Shown: positions 37,415 to 46,999 of the stretch, piece after piece
Layout of the letters: every line of letters begins with the position of its first letter
Position numbering within the stretch: the stretch's first letter is position 1
IMG/VR virus record: IMGVR_UViG_3300019888_000107
Span: 46,391 to 110,390 of that record
Source: a virus
Direction: 5' to 3' (one strand)
Length of the DNA: 64,000 bases
Notes under the pieces: model-generated
Databases searched by the model: none
What the model saw: only the letters and a program-made list of their open reading frames with translations
Told to the model about the DNA's origin: nothing
Position numbers and translations under genes: made by a program

Positions 37415-38525
37415 TTGGGTTGGTGAGGATAGTCGGACGGGAGGGGATTGGGGCGGGGCGGGGCGGCCCGTCGGAACGGGTTGGTGGGGCGGAGGGCGGG
37501 GGGTGGGGCAGGCGCGGCGCGGCTTGTCGTACGGGACTGGTTCGGGATGGCGCGGTTTGTCGGATGGGGCAGGCGTTGAGTCGGGTAGTCGGAGCGAATT
37601 GGTCACGGTCTCGGGCAGGCGCGGCTTGTCGGAGGGGGTACGGCCTGATGTGGCCTGGAAACGGGACGGCTCGTCGGGATGGGCAGGAAACAGGTTTGGT
37701 GCGGATAGTCGGGTGTGGGCAGACACGATCGGGGCTTGGCATGGGGTGGTTTTGTCGGAGCGGACCGGCGTGGCGCGGCGTGGCATGTCGGGTTAGGGCG
37801 GGAGCGGGACCGGATCGGGTAGTCGGAGGGGGCTGGTTTGGGCTGCCTCTGGGATGTCGGATGGGATTGGGATGGGTGGGCTTGTCGGTATGGGCCGGGA
37901 CGGCTCGGTACGGCATGGCTCGTCGGATAGGAGCGGTCCGGTGCGGCGCGGTAGGGCACGGCTGGTCGGAATGGTGCGGGGTTGATGTGGTTGGGGTCGG
38001 CCAGTCGGATGGGAGGGGAGGGGGTCGGGGCGGAACGGGGTCGGCCCGTCGGATGGGAGGGGGTCGGGGCGGTAGGGCCTGGGGTGGCTTGTCGGAGGGG
38101 GTCGTCTTGGGATGGCTTGTCGGAGTGGGTCGGTTAGTCGGATTGGATCGGTCTGGGGCGTGGCGGGTTGGCTAGTCGGGATGGGTCTGATCAGGGTTCG
38201 GTTTGTCGAATGGCTTGGGGGGATATGAGCGGGCTCGTCGGTTAACGGGGTTGGGCGGACGCGGGTCGGCTCGTCGGTGCGGGTAGGTAGGGATTGGCTC
38301 GTCGGAGGGGGTCGGGACGGCGCTGGCTGGTTAGGCTCGTCGGCGTGGTTCGGGTTGGATAGTCGGATTGGGTGGGATCTTGGCGTGGCTTGTCGGAAGG
38401 GCATGGTGCCGGGATGGCTTGTCGGAGTGGATCGGGGCTGGATGGGATGGCTTGTCGGAAGGGCATGGTGTGGTTACGGGATGGTCAGTCGGACAGAGCT
38501 GACGGGGATGGGGACGGAGTGTCGA
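37415..38525 (-). repeat. Non-coding array 1: 32 CGAC-anchored units with ~5-nt CC periodicity (putative guide RNA array)
   Basis: GTCG anchors on + from 37432 to 38521, typically GGCTTGTCGGA, separated by GGNNN pentamers; fills the intergenic space up to the RAMP RBS. Confidence 0.9.
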
Positions 38526-38534
38526 GCCGGAATG

Positions 38535-38753
38535 TCATTTCTTATCGGAGTTCTTCAACAGCATCACGATCCACCAGCCCGGCAGATAAAATGGCCACAA
38601 CCACACGCAGCACAGGGACATGACCGCTGCACCCACGTAGTCTTCGGTTTCAATGGGGTCGCCCATGGAGTTGAGAAACCATCGTGCGGTGGGTACCAGG
38701 AACCCCAGCACGCCCGCTAGGTACACCATCAGCACAATCGTTCCGGGGTCCAT
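38535..38753 (-). CDS. 72-aa two-TM membrane protein between the arrays
   Basis: Two hydrophobic helices, LWPFYL. Confidence 0.6.
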   Translation of the reverse strand: MDPGTIVLMVYLAGVLGFLVPTARWFLNSMGDPIETEDYVGAAVMSLCCVWLWPFYLPGWWIVMLLKNSDKK

Positions 38754-38867
38754 CAGCGGCGGGTTGCCTGGTTGTAGGCCGCCGCCCGCATGGAAGCCGC
38801 TACCTCAGCGTTGATCCGAGTGACGTCGTCCACATCGGGTGGCAGGGTGCTCATGGGGATCGACTCG

Positions 38868-39120
38868 AATCGTGTCGAATGGCATGGGTCGGGTAGGCGC
38901 GGCTTGTCGAACGACATGGGTCGGGTAGGGGCGGCTTGTCGACCGGCTAGGCAGTGTTGGCCGGTCGGGGCGGCGTGGGTAGGGATGGTCACGGCTTGGC
39001 CTGTCGGATGGGGTTGGGGCGGCAGGGAGTAGCTTGTCGAAGGGGGTAGGGAGGGGATGTATCGGCATGTCGAAAGGCCTGGGTCGGGGATGGCGCGGCT
39101 CGTCGAAACGGGAGTGTCGT
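38868..39120 (-). repeat. Non-coding array 2: ~9 units with the same grammar (anchor mostly TTCGAC)
   Basis: GTCG anchors at 38874, 38906, 38938, 38964, 39003, 39036, 39069, 39102, 39116. Confidence 0.85.
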
Positions 39121-39660
39121 TTACCGCCCGTACTTGCGCAGAGAATCAAACATCGTGGTGAGTTCGTGATCGGCGTAATGCTCGCTGACGGTTCGGGTGC
39201 CAACCTTTTTGGCCAGGGCAGTCATAAACGCGTCCATGAGTCGGTTGTCTTCGGTCCGTCGTGCGTAAGTGCCCGCGACGTAGAGCAGGTCATCCCGTCG
39301 CAGTTTCCCGAGTGGTTTGCGGGAGCCGTCTTCCAACGTGAAGGGCACGTCCAGCCACCCTCGCAATTGCGTACTGTCGCCGGCCTGGTGTGTCGTGACC
39401 GCTTCGGCGAATGCGGCGGGTCGTGCTCGGTGCCGGGCGGCGGTGCGGATCGAACGGTCCCGGTCATTGATCGCCATTCGAATGAACTGCGTCGCCTGAG
39501 CCCGCAGCCACCCGTCGACCAGCTCGGGATCCTCAACCCGCAGTCGCTCTACTATCTCAGTGGCCACCACACAGGACGTATAGGCGCCGGAGCTGGTGGC
39601 GCTGTCAATCACCCGACGCATTTCGGTGCCGTAGTCGCGCACGGCGACGGACGTCGTCAT
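39121..39660 (-). CDS. Hypothetical alpha-helical protein abutting array 2
   Basis: 179-aa ORF with RBS AGAGG; its stop is immediately followed by the array. Confidence 0.65.
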   Translation of the reverse strand: MTTSVAVRDYGTEMRRVIDSATSSGAYTSCVVATEIVERLRVEDPELVDGWLRAQATQFIRMAINDRDRSIRTAARHRARPAAFAEAVTTHQAGDSTQLRGWLDVPFTLEDGSRKPLGKLRRDDLLYVAGTYARRTEDNRLMDAFMTALAKKVGTRTVSEHYADHELTTMFDSLRKYGR

Positions 39661-39759
39661 ACCTGGTCATACCTCTCTGTGCGCGCTAGGATGCGCCCTT
39701 GAGAGGGGCCACGCATCCGCTGCCAAGCTGCCGTGGCCCCTCCCCTGACTGTGATTCCC

Positions 39760-40581
39760 CTATGCGGCGGCCTTGCGCCGGCTGTTCTCGCGGAACCAGT
39801 TGCCCAGGCGAATACCCTTCGCACCGTTCAGGATCTCTACGCCGGCCGCGGCCACGGCGAACCGACGCGAGCAGTGCGTCTTTTGCTTGGTCTTCTCGGC
39901 CAGGGCCAGCAGCGCGTTGAGGCCACCGGGGATGGTGGCGAACCGGGCGATGACGTCGGTGTCGTGGAGCTGGCCTTCGTAGCGATGCAGCAGGATCCCG
40001 ATCCCGTCGATGACCGCCGAGGCCAACCCGAAGTCGCCATAAGCGGTGTGCACGATCCGCAAGGTGCGGCTCAGGTTGTCGCCGCCGGTCTGCTGGTAGA
40101 TACGCCGCAGGGTGCCGATGCAGTGCACCGAGCCCTCCGTCCTGTCCATCGACACGTGCAGGCCCAGCTCGTCGAGGATGTCGCTGAGGGCGCAGTCTTC
40201 CTCGCGGCCCGCCTGGACACCGACCCGATACCTATCGAAGCCGTTGACAGCCAACACATTGTTGAGACGCAGGAACATTTCGGCTTCCTGCTGATCGGTG
40301 AGGCCGCTGAACACGGCGCAATCGAGCTTCGTCTCACCGAGCCCCATTCCACGCATCGCCTCAATACGGTGCTGTCCGTCGATCACGTAGTGGTGACCGT
40401 CGCGGTAGTTCAGGGTGGGCACACCCACCTGCTCGATGTCGAACTGCGCGATCAGGTGGTTGACGTGGTAGGGCTTGAGTTCGCGCTGCACGAGCGGTGA
40501 GACGCGCATGACGGCGAGGGCGACGCTCTGAATTTCAGCGTGTCGCTGAACGTCTCCGTCGGTGTTAGGCTGCTTGGGCAC
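39760..40581 (-). CDS. ParB/Srx-like (DGQHR, DUF6551-like) protein
   Basis: VQREL..HYVIDGQHRIEA..QQEAEMFLRLN. Confidence 0.75.
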   Translation of the reverse strand: MPKQPNTDGDVQRHAEIQSVALAVMRVSPLVQRELKPYHVNHLIAQFDIEQVGVPTLNYRDGHHYVIDGQHRIEAMRGMGLGETKLDCAVFSGLTDQQEAEMFLRLNNVLAVNGFDRYRVGVQAGREEDCALSDILDELGLHVSMDRTEGSVHCIGTLRRIYQQTGGDNLSRTLRIVHTAYGDFGLASAVIDGIGILLHRYEGQLHDTDVIARFATIPGGLNALLALAEKTKQKTHCSRRFAVAAAGVEILNGAKGIRLGNWFRENSRRKAAA

Positions 40582-41536
40582 GGTGGTTCAGTTCCTTCCG
40601 GAGTTTGCGCAAGTAGCGCATGGATTCATCAAGGGATTGCACCCATTTTGTCGCTTCGGCCGCATAGACTTGGTCGAAGTCGTCAAGATTGAGAAGGCTT
40701 TCGGTGGCCCTCACGGTGTTTGCGATGTCATCCACGGTGGACCCGATCACTGCGATGGGGTCCACCGTGTTTCGCGCTTTACCGATGATGCGGTCAGCAC
40801 GAATCTCAATGCCGCTTCGGGCGGCGAGTCTGCGAACGTAGAGGGGAAGTAACCCAAGTTGGTCGGCGATCTCGTGCGAGGTATGACGCTGCGCCAATAC
40901 ACGGATTTGTTCGATGCGTTCGGTCACAGGTCGCTTGAGCCGTTCATCAGCGGCGTTCTGGACCTTGCGCGCGATGTTGGCCCGTGTCAGGTTGTTTTCT
41001 GTACGACCTTCCGCGAGCGCTGCGTCGAACTCGTCGTTGGTCACATCGTCGGTCAATCGGTAGATCCCAGGCTTACTGGGACCAGACCCGAGTAGCGCGC
41101 TCTTGCGGGCGAAATCCGTCGGGCCGGGTTTGGTGGGGGCCACCAGGTGACCTGAACCAGTTTGGTGTTGGTTGCCACGGAAGTTGCCGCTCTCATTCCG
41201 TCCGCGGATTTCGCCGGCTTCCTGGCCGTTGCGGATCGCCTGGCCAATGCCACGTTCGGCCCTTCTGACCATTTCAAGGGCGTCGAGCTGGATCTCCTGT
41301 GCGAGGCCCTTCTGCCGGGTCATTTCGTGCACGGTGGCCGCCCACACCCGGAACGCGGCGATGGGCGTCGGGTCGCTGCCCTTGGTGGCGACCGCGAGCC
41401 AGGCTCGTGACTCGACCAGCGCCTGAGTGATGACCACGCCTCGTTGAGCATCTGACATGGCCTCAATCTCGGCTGTGGTGATCGGGACGGGGACCAGCTC
41501 GCTGGGGGTGCTGGCGCTGCGTGGGGTGTCGGTCAT
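40565..41536 (-). CDS. Phage protein with HTH
   Basis: RRAERGIGQ motif; HTSHEIADQLGLLPLYVRRLA. Confidence 0.6.
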   Translation of the reverse strand: MTDTPRSASTPSELVPVPITTAEIEAMSDAQRGVVITQALVESRAWLAVATKGSDPTPIAAFRVWAATVHEMTRQKGLAQEIQLDALEMVRRAERGIGQAIRNGQEAGEIRGRNESGNFRGNQHQTGSGHLVAPTKPGPTDFARKSALLGSGPSKPGIYRLTDDVTNDEFDAALAEGRTENNLTRANIARKVQNAADERLKRPVTERIEQIRVLAQRHTSHEIADQLGLLPLYVRRLAARSGIEIRADRIIGKARNTVDPIAVIGSTVDDIANTVRATESLLNLDDFDQVYAAEATKWVQSLDESMRYLRKLRKELNHRAQAA

Positions 41537-41754
41537 GCGGAGACCTGGCTGTCATCGTCGCGGCGATCTCCGCGCAAGTACCTGGTCACATCGGCGGCGT
41601 CGACCCGCCAGACCCGGTCGATCTGTACGCCGCGGACCTTGCCGGTGTGGAGCAGACGGAGAGCCTTCTTGTAGGGAATCCGCAGCCTGCGGGCCATCTC
41701 AGCCACCGTCAGCGCTTCTGGCTGCTCCGGCGGGGTGCCTCGTGGACTGCTCAT
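41533..41754 (-). CDS. Excisionase-family HTH (Cro-like first early gene)
   Basis: LTVAEMARRLRI..GKVRGVQIDRVWRV. Confidence 0.8.
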   Translation of the reverse strand: MSSPRGTPPEQPEALTVAEMARRLRIPYKKALRLLHTGKVRGVQIDRVWRVDAADVTRYLRGDRRDDDSQVSA

Positions 41755-41977
41755 AGATGCTGCTCTCATCGGGTAGGGATGGTTGGGGGTGCGGCGCCTA
41801 GGGGGCGGGGGAAGCCCGGTGGGGGCGTCCAGGTGCCGGCGAAGGCCACGTTAAGCCCCGAACACCCCACAACGCCACCACGCACCGCTATCTGATTACC
41901 CAAGGTTGCAAGGATCTACCCGAATGGACCAGCAGGGGGTGTTGTGTCCCTATGGCCCCCTAAGGGATCCTGTGGGC

Positions 41978-42457
41978 ATGGTCGGTGGTCAGAGCGCGAT
42001 GGATACAGACGGCGGTCAGGTCCCCATCGGGGCGATCCTCCGCGCGGCGCGGCAGTCACTGGGGTTGACGCATGCCGAGGTAGCGGAGCGCGTCGGTGTT
42101 GATCGCAAGACCGTAAGTAACTGGGAGAACGGCCGCCAGCAGCCGACCCGCCATCTAGTGCAGCTGGAAAACGTGCTGGGTGTCCGGTTGACCAATCGCC
42201 CTCGGGTCGAGACGCAACCGACCGAGTTTGGTCAGCTGGACAACGAGGCCCTGGCCGCCCTGATCACCCGTGCCACCGCCGAGATCCTGCGCCGGCTACG
42301 TGTGGACGGAGCCCTCAGCGGCCGGGTTGCCAAGATCAAGCCCAACGCCACGCCCGTCGTGGGCCTGCCTGAGGTGATGGCCAACGGATGGTCCGCGACC
42401 CGGACGAGCGATCTCAGCTCCGGTAACACTCGGCCACGACCTGACTTCGCAGGGTGA
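41978..42457 (+). CDS. XRE-family HTH immunity repressor
   Basis: LRAARQSLGLTHAEVAERVGVDRKTVSNWENG; divergent from the Cro-like gene. Confidence 0.8.
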   Translation: MVGGQSAMDTDGGQVPIGAILRAARQSLGLTHAEVAERVGVDRKTVSNWENGRQQPTRHLVQLENVLGVRLTNRPRVETQPTEFGQLDNEALAALITRATAEILRRLRVDGALSGRVAKIKPNATPVVGLPEVMANGWSATRTSDLSSGNTRPRPDFAG

Positions 42458-43134
42458 GGTCTACCTCACACGGGTGAACCTATTCTCAGTTGTTATCAGC
42501 ATTGATCTTGAGGGTTTTCCACTGCTCATTTTGGGTGTCCAATGCCCCCTATGGTCACATCATTCCCACCAGGACAGCGCGATTCGCTGCCGTCGTCAGA
42601 TGGGTCTCTCCCCGCGCAAGTGCGCCTCGAGTTCGTACCTATGACCGATGGGTTACTGGCGGTGTCCGACGTCAACTCCTGGGTTATCAAGATCAATTCA
42701 GCGATCCAGTGCCCGCGGCTTTTAGGGGAGGCTATCTTCCGCGAGGCGCGACGTTTAGCGGCCACCCTTCCGGACTGATTCGATCACCGATGCCTCAGTA
42801 CTTAGGGGAGCCTCCCTTACGGAATCGAGACCTTCATTTCCTTGACGGTCACGCAGTCCGCTCAATCGGCACCCCCGCCTACCATTCCCCGATCGCGCCC
42901 GTTATATTGCTGCGACATGAGACCATCGATGCCTCTAGGGGCACATGGCGACACACGAGCCGGCCGGGGTGATTGATTGCTCGGTGAAGCACTAAGCAGG
43001 AGAGAGTGTCACATCTGTAGCTCACGGACCGGCACCTACGCCGGCCCGCGCTAGACCCTGATTGCAACCATGGGGTTTTTTGGCATGCGCGTTTTCAGGC
43101 GTTCTGGCGAAACGACTAGGAACGAAGACAAACC

Positions 43135-43788
43135 ATGACTGACACCGACATATCGGACGACACACAGATGTTACAACTGTGCGCCGACGATCCCCAACTC
43201 GAAGCCATACATCAGCTTCTTCTCAGGGTCGACGCCGACGCCGACACACGCGGGTTTGGACACCCACTGAACGAGGACCGGCTGTTTGAGGTGTTGCGCA
43301 ATCCCTCCGATGCTGACGCCGACATGCGCTGGGATGATGTGGTGCAAGCTCTGTTCGACGCCAAGTACTACAAGTGCGAAGGTCACGTCGGGCGTGCCCT
43401 GTACGACCTGGCGACCACCATGGAACACGCCGCCCGCAACGTGACCTCCGATCACCCCGGCGCCGACCTCTACATACCGAGGGGCATGGACGGCTACCAG
43501 ATTTACGGCTGGGCGATGCTTACCGAGACGATGGTTGTGGTCTGCGCTGACACCGCACCCACCACCGTTCCGGTCCGCTCGATTCAGCTCGCCGGCCGCG
43601 ACGGCATCCTCTGGCGGCTCCACCACGAGCGCGGCACCGGTCCGGTGGTGGCAGCCCTGCTCCCCGAGGCGCGAGGTGTGAACTCCGGCGTTGTCGCGCA
43701 CTCCCTCACCCGACTGACCAACGCCGTTGTCGGGAATCCGGTGCACGTCCGCGGGCGGGGCGATGAACGGACGGGACGACCGTCATGA
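43135..43788 (+). CDS. Hypothetical protein
   Basis: 217-aa ORF coupled to the next gene. Confidence 0.55.
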   Translation: MTDTDISDDTQMLQLCADDPQLEAIHQLLLRVDADADTRGFGHPLNEDRLFEVLRNPSDADADMRWDDVVQALFDAKYYKCEGHVGRALYDLATTMEHAARNVTSDHPGADLYIPRGMDGYQIYGWAMLTETMVVVCADTAPTTVPVRSIQLAGRDGILWRLHHERGTGPVVAALLPEARGVNSGVVAHSLTRLTNAVVGNPVHVRGRGDERTGRPS

Positions 43789-44183
43789 CGAGCTACGCCC
43801 TGGTGATCCCGCCTGCTGGGGAGATGTGCACCATCGAGTGGGACGCCACAGACCCTCATCAGTTCGTCCCGCTCTACCGCGAGATCGGCTGCACGCAGGT
43901 TGAGCCACTGGAGATCCACGACTACGACATCACACTGTGGACTGACGAGGAAGCGCTCATCGTCGAGCCTGTGCCAGCGTGGAACCCCCGAACTACCGGG
44001 CTGGTCCTGCTGGCGTGCGGGCGTCCGCTGCGGCAGAGCTATCTCGGTACCGCGGTGGTGACCGGGACAGCCAACGAGGACGGCCAGACGCTCGGTTTGA
44101 GCGCGGAGACGGTGGCCGATCTGGTGCGCATAGCCGAGCGCGGAGGCAACCACGTCGTGGACGTGTTTAGCCGCGCGACGTGA
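43785..44183 (+). CDS. DUF3846-like protein
   Basis: IGC..VE..LWTDEE..NPRTT..GTAVVTG..GL. Confidence 0.7.
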   Translation: MTSYALVIPPAGEMCTIEWDATDPHQFVPLYREIGCTQVEPLEIHDYDITLWTDEEALIVEPVPAWNPRTTGLVLLACGRPLRQSYLGTAVVTGTANEDGQTLGLSAETVADLVRIAERGGNHVVDVFSRAT

Positions 44184-44759
44184 GGGATAACGCATCGCTC
44201 ATGTCTATGTGCCTGAAGGTTTCTAAGGGTCCGTTGTGTGCACCTGCGGGCCGTTCACCGTTACCCTCGATCGAGTGATATTCCTGTGGGTCTGGGCGGG
44301 TCCCGTTGTGCCCCTGACGCACCCTAAGGCACCCTGATACCACGCGTTTCGTCCTTCACCACCGAGAAAGGTCCACATGACCACGTCTTCCATGCCGACT
44401 CACACCGTCCGCGCCCATGAGGTCCGATTGGGTGATCACGTCAACGGCCAGCTCGTGATCCAAATCCGCGTGGTCGGTGACATGGTGAAGTTGTTTCACA
44501 ACGGGCTGCACACCTCACACACCACGCTGCCAGCGAACGCGCTAGTGCGGATCCGTCAGCGGCCCGACTCGCGGGTTGAGGGCGGCATGTATGCCCCGGA
44601 GCGTTGCCCTGGCGGTGTTGCCCACGTGCGGGCGCCCCGTCGTGAGGTTGCGCCGCCGGTCCGTTTTTCCCACCCATCGCCCCAGTACTGAACGCCCGCA
44701 CCACGCTAAGGAGCCATGTGAGTGCTCCAGATCACCGGTACTTACACACAGGAGACGCA

Positions 44760-45335
44760 ATGAGCCAGTTAGTAACGACCCGCACGATCGACGACCTGGA
44801 CGGCCGAGACGGAGCGCGATCCGTAGAGTTCGGCCTGGAAGGCGTTGGCTTTAAAGTCGATCTACATCCCGACAATGCGGACACTCTCTACGGGGTTCTC
44901 GCACCTTTCATAAGAGCAGCCGAGCGCACCAACCGCGTGAGCGCCGCACGGATTCCCGAAGCTCTGCGCGCCATCATGGGTACAAAGGCCCCGGCGCTGC
45001 CATCCGCCACCCGGACTCCGCCGCAGACCCGCAACGGTTCCCTGGCCTCACCGCCGGCCCCAGCACATGACGACTCGACCCCACCGGCGCCGGCACACGA
45101 TGACGCCTCACGGCTACCGGCCACCCGTACATACATCGACTCGGGCAGGCACACGTCCGAAGAGGTCACCGCGTGTAAGGCATGGCACGACGAGCACGGC
45201 AACACCTATCCCCCCGCCAGGCTTACTCTGGGCCATTGGGCGGCGTTCCGCGCACAGGATCCTAAGCTCGTCGGGGAGAAGTGGCGCACGACGGTGACAG
45301 CCAAGGTGAGGCGCCCCAAGGCGATCGAAAAGTAA
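44760..45335 (+). CDS. Lsr2-like protein with divergent C-terminus
   Basis: IDDLDG..VEFGLEGVGFKVDLHPDNA..LAPFIRAA; no RGR AT-hook. Confidence 0.75.
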   Translation: MSQLVTTRTIDDLDGRDGARSVEFGLEGVGFKVDLHPDNADTLYGVLAPFIRAAERTNRVSAARIPEALRAIMGTKAPALPSATRTPPQTRNGSLASPPAPAHDDSTPPAPAHDDASRLPATRTYIDSGRHTSEEVTACKAWHDEHGNTYPPARLTLGHWAAFRAQDPKLVGEKWRTTVTAKVRRPKAIEK

Positions 45336-45342
45336 TCTGGAC

Positions 45343-45540
45343 ATGGACTGCAATGGCAGTGAGTTTTTCACCGTTGCCGAGGTGGCTGCCCGGCTGCGGG
45401 TGTCCAAAATGACGGTCTACCGGCTGGTCGAGGCCGGCACCCTCACCTCCTGCCTGGTGGGCCGCCGTTCAATCCGTATTCCGGTGGCGGCGGTCATTGA
45501 CTACATTGAGAAAGTCAAAACGACAGCCGGCGCCTCGTGA
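45343..45540 (+). CDS. Excisionase-family HTH protein
   Basis: FTVAEVAARLRVSKMTVYRLV..SIRIP. Confidence 0.9.
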   Translation: MDCNGSEFFTVAEVAARLRVSKMTVYRLVEAGTLTSCLVGRRSIRIPVAAVIDYIEKVKTTAGAS

Positions 45541-46999
45541 GTGACCCCGACGAACCTGACGAGAGCACCGCCGACGAGCCGCCGATCCGGACCCAAGATG
45601 AATTCGACCGTGCCTGGGTCAAGATGGAAGACGAGTGGGGGCCCGATGAGTGCCCCTGAGCCTGACGGTGGAGAGGGTGTGAAAGCCGGGGGTATGTGAT
45701 GACATCCAAGCGGGATCAGTCGGCGTCGAACCCGTGCACGTCCATCCCACCGCTCATACCGATCACAAGTACGCATCACGTGTCCATTCAGGGCGGGTAC
45801 GTATACCTTTGGCGCGGAACGGAGCGGGGATGGCAACCGGCGGCTTCCGTCTATGCCGTGCGTACCGCGCTAGCCCGCGATGAAGCCACCGAACGGACAG
45901 CATGGAAAGAGATAGGGATCGCCGATGAGATTTAGATGGATCCGTCCGCGGCACATACTTCACATCGCCGGGCCCGGCCTGTGTCTGTACGGCTGGATCC
46001 TGCTCAACTTCTTCTCCCCGACGCCGTGGGACCATTGGCTGATGCTGATCGCTGCGCCGATGTTCTGGTTCGCTGGCTACGGTGCGTTCCACACGGTGGC
46101 ACATCGTCACGGTATCCCTGTCCAGTGGAACGGCGCTATTGCTCTTGTCCCGACCACGCTCGTGTGTGGTCACTGCGGGCAAGGACAACGGATCGACGAC
46201 GAATCCCAGATCGGGCCAGCTATGGCGCACCACACGGAGTACGAATGCCCGGAGAGGGATCAACCATGAAAGTGTGTTTCACCATCGTTGACGACTCCGG
46301 CACGGGGTATATGTGGGTCAACCTTACCGTGATCCCACATCAGGGTGAGCCGGTGTACCTGGCCGATGGGGTTCGCCGCATTGTGCGGTCTATCGAGCAC
46401 CATCCGTTCCCGCGTAATGGGCAGTCGTGGGTGGATATCAAGCTAGGATCCGGCCCTACCGGCGGCTGAGAGGAGAACCGCTATGACTATTAGCTCCGGA
46501 AGAAAGGGTCGATATGGCTGAGATGCATCACGTTGCCGATGACGAAGAAACCCTCGCCGAGTACGTCACCCGGACACGTCGCGCTCAAGGCCTTCCGGAC
46601 CGCATTGAAGACCCGGCAGTCATAGCCCAGGCCGTCGCGCTACTACGGGATGCGTGGGGTGCGAACCAGGATGGCCACTGAGACGATGAGCGGGCCGACG
46701 CAGCGGGTGGGAGTAGTGGTGTTCGGGGAGGTCGACGGCTATGACTACCGTGACGCTGAATCCGGGCTGATGCTCGCTACCCGACAATTGGTATGCGCAG
46801 GCGACCGTCAGATGGGTCTGCCTGTGACGATCCCCGGTCGGGGCGCGAGTGGTGAGTTCAAGGCAAAGATCGCCGATGTGATCGGGTTGAGTTGGGCCGC
46901 CAGCGACGGGTACCTCCAGCTCACGTTCCGGGGGTGATCTCGCCGGAGTCCGGGCCTGCCATGTTGGGGGCGGCAGGCCCGGACCCCGCGCTGGGCTAG

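Noticed and set aside
37415-38525. Mere G-quadruplex, microsatellite or assembly artefact
   Set aside because: Units are non-identical but length-quantised, bounded exactly by a stop codon and an RBS, and adjacent to a RAMP gene. G4 formation on + cannot be excluded as a side property.
37356-38720. Long Pro/Arg- or Gly/Arg-rich ORFs over array 1 (e.g. 37420-38175, 37793-38404)
   Set aside because: By-products of a stop-poor, period-5 repeat; low complexity in all frames and no convincing RBS.
37415-39120. Classical CRISPR array
   Set aside because: No 23-47 bp identical repeat; the anchor is only ~4-11 nt and the 'spacers' are themselves patterned.
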